From the NCBI RefSeq assembly GCF_001194135.2, contig NC_068997.1, forward strand, positions 46,286,698 through 46,350,697: 64,000 bases of DNA, read 5' to 3'. Both the position numbers and the translations under genes were made by a program. The notes beneath the pieces were generated by a model. It saw nothing but the letters and a program-made list of their open reading frames with translations. It did no database searches and was not told the DNA's origin. Shown in pieces: positions 14,278 through 26,918 of this stretch (positions are counted from its first letter, which is position 1; each line of letters begins with the position of its first letter). Origin of the DNA: Octopus bimaculoides (lineage: Eukaryota).

Positions 14278-17200
14278 GTAAGTCTTCTTTTTGTTGTCTT
14301 TCTTTTCATGAATAGGTGGGGGCTCATATTTTTGGTGAGAGTATGAGGGGGCCAGTTGATGGTTGTGGCAGATTGTAATTGACTGAAGTTAGCTTGTCAG
14401 AGTGGGGTTATCTATTTGAGAGGGAATCGGTGAAAACAAGTGTTGATAATTGCCATCATCATCACCATAATTGCAATCGTCATAATTGCCATCATTGCCA
14501 CCATAATTATCATCATCATCACCATAACTGTCTTCCTCATCACCATTGTCATCATCATCATCATTGTTATCATCATCATCGTAATTGTTATCCTTATCGT
14601 AATTGTCATGATCTTCATCATTATAATTGTCTTTGTCATCACCATCATCATCGTAATTGTTATCCTTATCGTAGTTGTCATCATCTTCATCATTATAATT
14701 GTCTTTGTCGTCGTCATCATCATCATGTTATTCAATGGTAAAGTGGAAGGAATTGATCATGGAAAAGAAATTTTCCAGAAATTTAACATAGATGGCAATA
14801 AAAGAGTGACAGAGCAAGCTAGCTCTTTAGGGCCCATTCTCAACCTTTTTAGTTTGTGATATACTAACTTAAATTGTGTTTTAATTATTGTAGGTTTAGT
14901 GATTGTAATGTATATACTTACAAAACCTCCAAGAAACTGTTAAGGACCAGTGCTTAGTCCCAGTTTTATAATAAGCAGATGAGAGATAAATCTTTTCCCC
15001 CCTCCATGGGTAGGATTCTGATCTATTGCAAATGATTTAGTTTATTTCCTTGACATCTAGATGAACTGGGGGCCATGAGCAATAAAGGATTCTACACAGA
15101 AATACATTGAAGTGCTTGTGGTGAATTTGAACTCTTGGCTTTTGAGCAGCTAGTCCAATAGCTATTCACTAGTCTTGTTGCTCCTTTCTGGTGAATAGAG
15201 AGAGGACTCGTTTGGAGGGAGTGAATTTGAGAGAAACGTGCTTCTGTAGAAGAAGGAATGATCCAAGTGTTTAACATTTTGTATAGTTTCACTATGACTA
15301 TTTTTATCTTGTGCTAGTGTCACAGTAGCTACATTTGGTACACACCTGGGCTCCACACCTGTTTCTGCACTCTGTCCATGTGTGAGTTCCACTCTTGGTT
15401 CACTTTTAGTTCATTTCTAGCCCCACTTTTGGTTCCATATGTAGTTTTAGTGGCTGAAACCATTATGCAGNNNNNNNNNNNNNNNNNNNNNNNNNNNNNN
15501 NNNNNNNNNNNNNNNNNNNNNNNNNNNNNNNNNNNNNNNNNNNNNNNNNNNNNNNNNNNNNNNNNNNNNNNNNNNNNNNNNNNNNNNNNNNNNNNNNNNN
15601 NNNNNNNNNNNNNNNTTTCTTACTATTAACCTCTCGTGACCTACACCAGGAGAGGGTCAAATTTGATTGATATCCGAGAAATTAAGATTATATATAAACC
15701 ATTACAGTTTCTCTCCCTCCTTCTGTTTTGCTGTTTAGTAGTGTTTGAGGTTAGCTAAGTGCTGATTAGAAGCTTGTGTATAAGGCAGAGAATATACTAC
15801 TGGCTGGCTTTGTTAGTCACTTGATGAGAATTGAAGGACTTCCTTTCTTTAATGATGCCATGAATTATTTGGTCGTCTCAGTGCCTGGCAGTAGAAGAAA
15901 TGTATTTCCTCTCTGAAGCTGGTCTCTATGAAAACGCACTTGTACCACTTTTCAATGCCATTGGCGATGGGCTCTTTGTAGGTAATGTCTAAGTGCCTGT
16001 GCTGTCTTTACTGGTGGTTATTGGGTTAGTGTTTAAGATGGATGCTGAGAATGACTGTGTTCCCCTTTGTGCTGGCAGCTGGGTGACTCTGTCTTACTGG
16101 AAACAACTGTGTAACTCTTATAAGTACCTGTTTGTATGTGTATGTATCTTTCCCTTACTGGTGGCGACTGTGTGTGTGTGTATCCTTTACTGGTGGCCAC
16201 TAGATGTGTGTCTGCTCATACTGGGTGAGTGACACTCCCCCATGTAGATGACCTCTGGGTGAATGATCTCATACAAGTGGCTTCTGGACAAGTGTTCCCT
16301 CTCGTGAAGTTGTCTTCTAGGTAAGTTTTAGATAAGAAGCTATTGATACCCGGTCCTTGAAATAATATTTTCATAAATGTGTATAATGTCTTATATATAT
16401 ATTTGTTTTCAATGGTTTATTTAGAAAAAGAAAATGCTCTATACATAGCTTCTGAAGCAACACAAATTGCAAACTTAGCCTAAATGCTTGCAATATATGG
16501 GCTCTGCTCAAGGCCAGTGTTGATGTTGAACTGAATGTTTATGTCCACCATCCAAACACCTCTTAAGAATAAAGTGTACATAATGAAATTTTGATTAAGA
16601 TTTAGTTTAGTTGACAGAAATATTGTGCAAGGGCCTTCCTTGAAATATTAGGATCCACTCCATTTACAGTTCATAAATTTTATTGTGACAAATCTTATTA
16701 AGAACCCGCTGGAGCCTTCTGGCTCCTCTGTTCTTGTCAAACCATCCAACCAAGTTATCATGAAAAGAATGATGGTAAATGATGATGATGATATACATTT
16801 TTATATGTATATCTATATAATCAAAACTCCAAACTCAGAAACTATTTGTTGAAGTGCATTACACTAATGGCCCTTCCTTTCACCACCTGTCTCCCACCAT
16901 ACACCTCTCTTGCTAAGTAACTCCTGTCTAGCTTTATGTAATTGCTACCTCACTCTGTCTAAACGTACATTTATATAATTGCAGTAATATGATTGTATAA
17001 AGTAAAAAAAAAAAATGTTATATACAAGCTTTATTGTTAAATTTTGATGCATTATGTAACATGTGTTGGAATATATTATTTCAGTAAAAATATTATGAAT
17101 CACATTTTATTAAAAACATAGTTTTACAGAAAGAAAGGAAAGAAAAAAACACATTTAAAGTATAAAGGATCAAATTATCGAGACATAACTACCTCACCAA

Positions 17201-17726
17201 GGGAACAAAAATGATAAGAGAAGAAAGGTGGGAGGGGAGAAGCTGCAGAAGATGGTGGGAGGGAGTAATGATGAGAATAAATGGGTTTTGTATCCCTGAG
17301 AACAAATGGGTTGTACCCCATAGAACAGTCATGTCCGCCTTGTGGACATGATTGCAATCGGGTTGCTGTGGAGACTGGCCAGCAACATTTGCTGCAACTG
17401 TCACCCCCACCTTGCAGAGCTCATATCTCTCAATGGCTGCAGTTACTTTGATTTTGCAGAGAAAAATCAGCAGTGTGGGTTTGGAGAGCACCTAAGGTTT
17501 ATGACTTGGATGTTTTGCATAATTTATTTCAAGCGTCTTTATTAAAAAAAACACAAACTTACGCGCAGACGTAGCTGTGTGGTAAGAAGCTTGCTTCTCA
17601 ACCACATAGTTACGGGTTCCATCCCACTGCATGGCACCTTGGGCAAGTGTCTTCTACTATAGCCTCGGGCCGACCAAAGACTTGTGAGTGGATTTGGTAG
17701 ATGGAAACTGAAAGAAGCCCATCGTA

Positions 17727-17777
<51 letters not shown>

Positions 17778-20747
17778 GTGTGTATATGTTTGTGTGTCTG
17801 TATTTGTCCCAACATCACTTGACAACCAATGCTGGTGTGTTTATGTCCCCGTAACTTAGCGGTTCGGCAAAAGAGACCGATAGAATAAGTACGAGGCTTA
17901 CAAAGAATAAGTCCTGGGGTCGATTTGCTCGACTAAAAGGCGGTGCTCCAGCATGACCACAGTCAAATGACTGAAACAGGTAAAAAAATGTAGCTGTGTG
18001 GTAAGAAGCTTGCTTCTCAACCACATAGTTCCAGGTTCCATCCCACTGCATGGCACCTTGGGCAAGTGTCTTACTATTACCTCGAGCTGACCAAAGCCTT
18101 GTGAGTGGATTTGGTAGATGGAAACTGGAAGAAGCCTGTCATATGTATGTGTGTGTAAAAAAAAAAAGAAGCTACCTTAGTAAAATCTGTCCAGCCCATA
18201 CAAGCATAGAAAAGCAGACATTAAACTAATGATGATGATCTGTCTGTCTGTCTGTCTCTTTCCCTCTCTCCTATTTATCCAAAATAAAATCAATATGAGA
18301 ATCAGCTGGAAATGCAGCTATATTTCCATATAAGAGGATATTTGGAAAGTTAAAACAAACGGTTATTTATGCTCATGGGCAACATTTGTGGTGTCATAAT
18401 TTTAGTCTGTAAGTGAAATTCTTTTCTCATGTTTCAGGTTGTCATAGTTTTAGTGTGAAAAGAAAATTCTTTCCTTCTTTTTCAAATAAAATAAAGACAA
18501 ATTGCATTGCATTTTATTCTCTGTAACTTGTGCATATTTCTCTGTGTTTATAGATGACATTTTCTGCTCCGAGGAAATACAGCTTCATAATTCGTGCTTA
18601 TAAGAGAAATGACTGTTTTCCATGCTTCACGTCTTTCAATGTGGTTTATAGTCTGAAAACACATTTAAACAAAATACTGTTGCATGGGGGATTTGTCTCT
18701 AGAATTTTCTATAATTTTTATAGTATCTTTTATCTTTTACTTGTTTCACTCATTAGACTGTGGCCATGCTGGGGTACCACCTTATAGAATAGAATTTTAG
18801 TCGAATGAATCAACCCCAATATATATATTTTTTAAAGCTTGGTACCTATTCTATCACTCTTTTGCTGAACTGCTACATTAAGGGAGTGTAAACACACCAA
18901 CACTGGTTGTCAAGTGGTGGGGGACAAACACACACACACACACATGGCAGGCTTCTTTCGGTTTCCATCTACCAAATTTATTTACAAGGCTTTGGTTGCC
19001 CCAAGACTGCAGTAAAAAACACTTGCCCAGGGTGACATGCAGTGGGACTGAACCTGGAACCATGTGGAGGTGCAATGGCCTAGTGGTTAGGGCAGTGGAC
19101 TCGCAGTTGGAGGATCACGGTTTTGATTCCCACACCGGGCATTGTGTATGTTTATTGAGCGAAAACACCTAAAGCTCCACGAGGCTCCGGCAGGGGGTGG
19201 TGGCGACCCTTATTGTACTCTTTCGCCCCAACTTTCTCTCACTCTTTTTTCCTGTTTCTTGTGTAAAGCTGCAATGGACTGATGTCCCATCCAGCTGGGT
19301 GGGGAACATGTACACCATAGAAACCGAGAAACCGGACCCTTGAGCCTGGCTAGGCTTTAAAAGGGCACATGAATAAAAATAAATCTAAATATTATTCTCA
19401 AAATAATAACTGAACTGAATAAAATATCATTCAATGAAGATTTTTCTTTACAACTTAGGGATTTTCTCTGCTGTGCTCGTAATATTTTTTGTAGCAAGGC
19501 TCAAGCTATATTGTCATAATTTTAGCATATTAACCCTTTTATTGCCATATTCATTTTGAGATGCTCTGTGTTTCTTTCAATCAATTTTAAATATAACAAA
19601 GAATTTAGTAAAATAACTTAGTTATCATTAAGCTAGTGTTAGGAACACAAATTGTGACTAAAATTTGGTGGAAGATTTTAATGCAAAGCTTATGAAAATA
19701 AGACATTTCTACTACAGAGCCAGAGCTGGTTTCAGTTGGGTTGGTAACGAAAGGGTTAATCTTGATCTCCTCAGTGATACCTAATAATTAACCAGATGTT
19801 CTCTGCTGCTTCCTCAGTCTGCTAGTTCTTATTTGCATTTGTTCCATCAGTATCTTCTACAATCAATTCACAGAAATTTTTCATTGAGCATGCATTATAT
19901 TTCTGTACCATCTCTCCTGCATACATCTGCCATCATTTTGATCCTGTCATTTTCAATGCATTCGGTTTGTGTCTATATTAAATCTGCACATCATTAAGCT
20001 AGTGACTAAGGTTTGGAGGAAGATTTTAGTTCAAAACTTATAAAAACAAGACATTCGTCCTACAGAGCCAGAGGTGGTTTCAGCCAGGCTGGTATCGAAA
20101 GGGTTAAGGAAAAGGAATTTTTTTTCTTTGGTTTTTCAAGTTTCAAGTCTCTTAAAACTAAGCATAATTCTTAACAACTGAATAGTATAAAATATCAGTG
20201 CATTGGGTTTTCTTCTATAACTTGGGATGTTTTTCTCCACAGTTATGTGAAGAATGTGCAAATAAGATAGGCCAAATTTGAAAGGGAGCAGGTCAAAATG
20301 TTTTATAAACTGTAAGGAGAATTCAACTGAAGTATATTACTGAAATATCCTTACTTCTTAATGTGGTACACACAGTAAGTAGTCTAGACCTAACACAAGT
20401 GTAAAGCCATTAAATAAATTTTATATATATATGTATATATATATTAATTATAGTGTAGCTGCACTATGTTATATGAAAACACTGCTGATGTCAAATGTTT
20501 TAGAATAAAGTATTGTTTGTGCTGTTTGTTTTATGCATTCCTTTCATTTCATCCAACAGGTGATGAAGATCTTTATGTTTACAAGATCTCGTAAGTAGCC
20601 ATGGTTATCTTTTGTTCTCTTGTCACATTGTGTATGTATGTGTGTGTGACTGAGTGTGTGTGTGTACATGTAAATGAATGAATGTGTGTGTATATGTGTC
20701 TATGCATTAGTCTGAATGTGTGTGTCTGTATGTATTAGTCTGAATGT

Positions 20748-20781
<34 letters not shown>

Positions 20782-23351
20782 CTGAATGTATATGTGTCTT
20801 TGTGTATGCATAAGTCTGGATGTATGTTTGAGTCTGTGTGTTGGGTGGTATGTATCTGTGTATGTGTGTGTGTGTGTGCGCGCGTACGCGACCCCGTTTG
20901 TGTGTATTGGTTTATTTGTGTGTCTAAAAGAACACACCCACTTCCGTAGACATCTATACACAAACATAGTTAAAATTGAAGAGTAACTTTATTACAATGC
21001 GTCTTCCCCATATCCTACTACAACATACTGTACATAGTAGGTCAACATCTCCCTGGGTAGATGTGGGGTGCCAGTTGAAAGGGGTATGGTTACAGCAACA
21101 TCTGAGTTTGTGTATCTTGAAAATGGAAGGAAATTGTTTACATTTTTTTTTAGCTTGTTTTGATTTATCCATTTTTAATTAGTATATCACATGATCATGT
21201 GACTGACCAAACTAGACTATCAGATGTTGTTATACATCGCTGGTCACAATGTGCTTTGCATTGTTTTAGGCATTGAATAACACCACACTGCTGGCTAAGC
21301 GAGCATGCCAACATTCCCCCCCTCCATCCCCCTCTGATCAAAGTGGGACTGGAGCAATGTGAAATGAAGTGTTTTGCTCAAGAACACAATGTGATGCCTG
21401 GTCTGGGAATCAAACCCACAATCTAGTGGTTGTGAGTGCGACAGCCTAACTACTAGGCTACATGTAACAAGTAAAATGAAAAAACTATAAAAAGATGCAC
21501 ACATATACATACAGTAAAGTATGTGAAAATGTTTTTAATATCTAATGTGATTAGGGGTATCTTTCCATCCTTCTATTTGTCTGAGATCTGCTTTGGTACT
21601 TTTACTATGTCTGAATCTTATAGAAATGGTAACAAGTTAAGCGACCTAGGATACTTCCACCATGTCTCTATTTTGTAGAATTACTCTAACAGCTTATGGC
21701 TGTGTGGTTAAGAAAGTTGCCTTATAACCATGTAGTTTTGGGTTCAGTCCCACTGTGCTGCACCTTGGACAAGTGTCTTCTATTATAGCTATTGGGCCTA
21801 CCAATGCCTTGTGAGTGGATTTAGTAGATGGAAACTAATAGAAACTTATCATGTGTGTATGGGTGTACATTTTTGTGTATGTTCTTCTGTACCAGTGCTT
21901 GACAAATGGTGTTGTTTTGTTTATGTCCCTGTAAGTTAGTGGGTTTTTTTTTTTTTAGTGTTTTGATAAAAACTGAGGATTTCTTAGATCCAATAGTTTC
22001 TGAAATTCCAGGGTGACAGCCAATCAAACAATCAGTCATTCAATAAATTAAGCAAACAAATAAATGAAAGCAATGACACCCAATCTTTTGATGTTTGACT
22101 TATTTGAAGCTGTAAGGAAAGACGGTGCACAAAACAAAAAATTAAAAAGAAATAAAAAAAAAACCAGCATTGAGGAAGTGAGAGTTTCAGGGCTGTTCTT
22201 TTATTGAAGGGCTAAAAACTAATGATTTGGCCCTTTAGCATGCACATTATACAGTCAAAAGTAATATTTATTCATTCTCATTGTTTTGTATCAATCATGC
22301 ATTATGTTGTAGCTTTGAGATTTTGAAGAGGTAACTGTTAATTTTTACACTGACATTATAGTGTTGGTGTGAGAGGCCAGATCTGGCCAGTTTGATCATA
22401 AAACCGGTAGAATACTTTGACTGGACACGGCTGGTTTAAATGTTAAAGTGTTAACACCTTGATTATCTTCCGTCCTTCTCATTCTATCCTTTTACTTGCT
22501 GCTACATTGTCTTGTCTCATCATCTTTCTTCTTCACTTTCTCTCTATCTCTCTGTTTGATGCCTTTTGTTTTATTCTTCCAGACTTTTGCTGTGCACCCT
22601 TACCTTAGCCATATCCTTTGGTGCTGTCTTGTTGCTACCCATTTCTATAGTCAGTAACGAAGTCCTGTTACTCTATCCCGACAGTTACTACGTGAAGTGG
22701 CTCAACAGTTCTTTAATTCACGGTAAGCTCATTATCATGTTATTTGTCACTGTTTTAATCTCCTTGGGAGTGTGCAGAGATGGTGGTGGTGGTGGTGGTA
22801 GTGGTGGCATAACTATGTGGTAAAGAAGTTTATTCTACAAATGGGTGGTTTTCGGTTTGGTGGCCTTTGTGATACAGTAGATGATAGTCTTTTGTTAAAG
22901 CCTCAAGTTGACCAATGGCTTGGTGTGTGGAATTTGGTGGACATATACTGTGTGGAAGTTCATCAAAAGAAGTCATTCCTATTCTTGGGTGAGAGATTTA
23001 ATACTCAATTTAACACTGGCAGCTGACTCTTTTGGTGCCTTTAGCCAACCTAGCAAATAACTTCAGTGACCGAGCCTACCCAGCTTGCTAGAAACAGCAG
23101 CCAAATTGCCTTTAAATTGTATCCCACTATCTAAAACAAGAAAAAAAAGAGACATTATATATACAAAATGATCTCCCTCCCATATCACAAATCTATCCAA
23201 ATATCTTGATTCTCATCTCTCCACACTGCAAAAACTTATTTATTCCAACACAAACCATTGCTAGTTTCTTTGGACTCTGGTTTTTGTTTGTTGTATGAGA
23301 CAAATAAGCAGATACTATTTATCACACACACACACTCGCACTGCACACACA

Positions 23352-23382
<31 letters not shown>

Positions 23383-26300
23383 GCAACTATGAGTTATTTT
23401 CAGGTCAATGGCTCCTTAAATTCTACATGCTAACAAAGCCATACATGATATATCCTTGTGAATTAACTGCTTGTCTTTGTTTTTTTGCAGAACTATGGAA
23501 CTTAATTTTCTTTCTCTCCAACCTGGCGCTCTTCATGTTGATGCCATTCTCCTACTTCTTCACAGAGTCGGAAGGGTTTTCTGGCTCAAGGAGGGTCAGT
23601 ACATTCTGCATTCTCTTTCACTTTCTCTTCCTTATGTCCACATTTTCCTTTACATGCTTCCCCTTTCACCATTATTCTAATAACTCAGTGCTTGTTTCTT
23701 TTTTTTTTTCATTTGTCTGACTCTCTGTATTTCTCTCTCTTTTTCTCTTATGTTTTTTCCTTATTGTTTTATCATAAATGGCGTTCCTCTTTCACCTGTC
23801 TCTTCTCATTTCCATGCCTTCCTCTCACACAATACAAAATACCACTCGCACCATTACCTCTTACAACCACACTATCCCATACCACTACACTCTCACACTT
23901 GCACATCTCTACACACCTACATCTGCTAAAAAATCCATATATATGTACCCCTTCCTATACCCATTGCAGTACGCAGAACCATCGTGCCAACAACCACCTT
24001 GAGCACCTTTTTGAGCTCCATGTGTCTAATACATGTGGGCATTCCTACAGTCAGAAAACAGCACAGCTCCCATGACTTTTAGAAACATTTTTTCACACTC
24101 AGACTTACTGAAGCATGGGACAAACTACCTGCACCAGTTGTTAGCTGCTGAGACATTGCATCCTTTAAAACTTCCATGCTTCCCAAAATTTGCCAACACT
24201 ACACTTGATATTCCCTGCTACCTCCATACACATGCATACATATATATATCATGACATGTAGAGAATGCATAGTGAAAACTTTCTATCTGTTATCATCAAC
24301 CAACCACAGGAGAAACCCAAACAGCTTTCAACGACTCCTTTAATAACAACACCCTTAATCCTTTAGCATTTTAAACTGGCCATATTCTACCTGTTTTATG
24401 TTTAAACTGACCAGATCTGGTCTCTCACACCTACCCTACAACGTTATTCAAAAAAAAGTTCAAGGCTGCGAGATAATGCATGATTAATTCAAAGCAATGT
24501 GAATAACTAAGCATTACATTTGACAAAGTAATCTGAACGCTAAAGGGTTAACTACTCTTATACTGAAATCAACTGTCAAACATATATCTCAGTAACCGCA
24601 GCAATAACCATTTCATGTTTCAGGGAATCATGGGCCGAGTCTACGAGACTGCAGTAGTGCTGATCATTTTAGGAATCCTGGTGTTTGGTATAGCCTGGGT
24701 GGCCTCTGCTCTCATAGATGGAGATAAGAGCAGTCGACAGACCCTGTTTGGTGAGTAATAGTGATGGTGGTGTTATCATGATTTATGTTTTCCTTTAAAA
24801 TTTTGATTGTAATTTGTGTAGGTCAGTGATTGAAGAGACTTATGATCAAAAGTGTTCCAGCAACGACCATCCCCCATTATTTTTTTTGTATATCAAGAAC
24901 TCCATTGACCAATGTCCCTCTTGAGTGAGATGGTGGGGGAAGATTTTGCTGCTGTTTCTATCCGGTTGAGTGAATGCATATAAGCTTATGGTGTCAGGCA
25001 TATACATATTTCTACATACACACGTACACATGCATGCACATACATACATGCATGTGTGCATCCGCATCCACATACATGCACATATGCACATTTTAGAATA
25101 AAAATTAGTCTGAAGTAGTTGTATGCTGTCAACTTAATGTGACAGTCCCCTAACGGGAATAATACTACTGTTGGTTAGACCTAGGAAGCTGCACCGCTTC
25201 CTGTCGGCCTTGACACATTTCCTGTGTCCTTATGTTTACAAGGAGGAGACAAGCACCTCCACCAAGCTAAGCCAGCATCCAAAGACAGGTTTCTGAGTCT
25301 TTGCTCGTCATCAGTCTGGAGTAGCATGACCTGCTAGGTGCCTGTCAAGCTCTTGTAAACATATAATAATTCTAGTGAAATACATTCACTGATTTCAAAT
25401 TTAGAAATAATATATTTCTAAATCTCTGAGATTTATGCAGTAGTGATATGATGTAGTTGTATGCTCTCAACTTAATGTGACAGTCCCCTGAAGAGAATAA
25501 TACTACTGTTGGTTAGACCAGGAAGCTGCACCGCTTCCTGTCGGCCGTGACACATTTCCTGTTTCCTTATGTTTACAAGTGTGAACCCTGAGGCCCTTTA
25601 AGCTTTTCTTGGTCTGTTTGGAGCCTTGAAACAACTGAATATCTGACACCTTGTGAATGGGTCACTGGTGGTCGTTTGTTGCTGAGTGGCCTGAATCAAT
25701 GTGAAATGAATTGCTTTGCTCGTGGTCACAGTGTGCTGCCATGATCAATATATTGGCCAATGACTGGTGAAACATCCAATTTACTATGAATTGTGATAAT
25801 AAACACCATACACTGTCTTTATGTATTGAGTGCATCTTTTAAAGTTTGTCTTCATAGTTATGCATAAAAGCAGAAATACACACAGACATACACACAATAT
25901 ATTTAGGAGTGTGTGTGTATGTATGTATGTATGTATAGCACGTAAAAAGCACCCACTACACTCTCTGAGTGGTTGGCGTTAGGAAGGGCATCCAGCTGCA
26001 GAAACTCTGCCAAATCAGATTGGAGCCTGGTGTAGCCATCTGGTTTCACCAGTCCTCAGCCAAATCGTCCAACCCATGCTAGCATGGAAAGNNNNNNNNN
26101 NAGCCAAATCGTCCAACCCATGCTAGCATGGAAAGCGGACGTTAAACGACAATGATGATGATGTACATATGTGTGTGTATGCATATGTGTATATACATAA
26201 AACATTACTGGACTGAGCTGCTGTAAGCTCCACGGCAGAGAAACAGTGAAAAGCCAATGGTAATTGCAGATATATGTTGAAACAATTGATTCTATAAAAG

Positions 26301-26872
26301 TATTTATATATTTAGCCAGGGTCTAAAATAATTTGGAGTTAATAAACCAGAAAGTGTGTGTGTGTGTGTGTGTGTGTGTGAGAGCAAACATGTGGGCTTG
26401 ACAGCAAAAAAAAAAAAAATTAAGATCCTTTTGTTTCACTTTTGATGTAGTTAGAATCCTGCATGTATTCTCAGTAAATGTGTGTGTGTGTGTGTAATGT
26501 AATGCCTATAGTGTACGTATGCAGGCGCACACACATGCTGAATAGGAAAGTGGTAGGAATATGTTATCCTGGTTGGAATTTTATGTGCAAGTTTATTTAT
26601 ATAAACAGAAGCATTGATAAATATTGGGGCTAACAAACTGGAAAAACTGCAGTGCTTTCATCAAGAGCTGTGTACTGGACCCAATAACTGTGTGCGTATG
26701 AACACAAACACACATGTATGTATGTATGTGTGTGTGTACATGTATTTGTGGATGAATACATATATAAGCCTATATATGTATGCGCCTGTATGAGTGTGTA
26801 TAAATACATGTATATACATGTATAAAGTGTGTTTTTGTAACCATCATTATCTCAGCTTCCTATGCTGGTATT

Positions 26873-26918
<46 letters not shown>

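Noticed and set aside
19068-19145. tRNA genes
   Set aside because: tRNA-like box A/B heads all continue into SINE bodies and lack a complete cloverleaf.
23595-24623. ZRS-like long-range hedgehog enhancer in LMBR1 intron 5 (as in vertebrates)
   Set aside because: This intron is only 1029 bp and is accounted for by low-complexity sequence, a CR1 relic and a piggyBac MITE. No hedgehog gene is visible in the window.
26061-26135. 34-bp direct repeat around a 10-N gap
   Set aside because: The identical sequence on both sides of the gap is most simply an unmerged contig overlap (assembly artefact).
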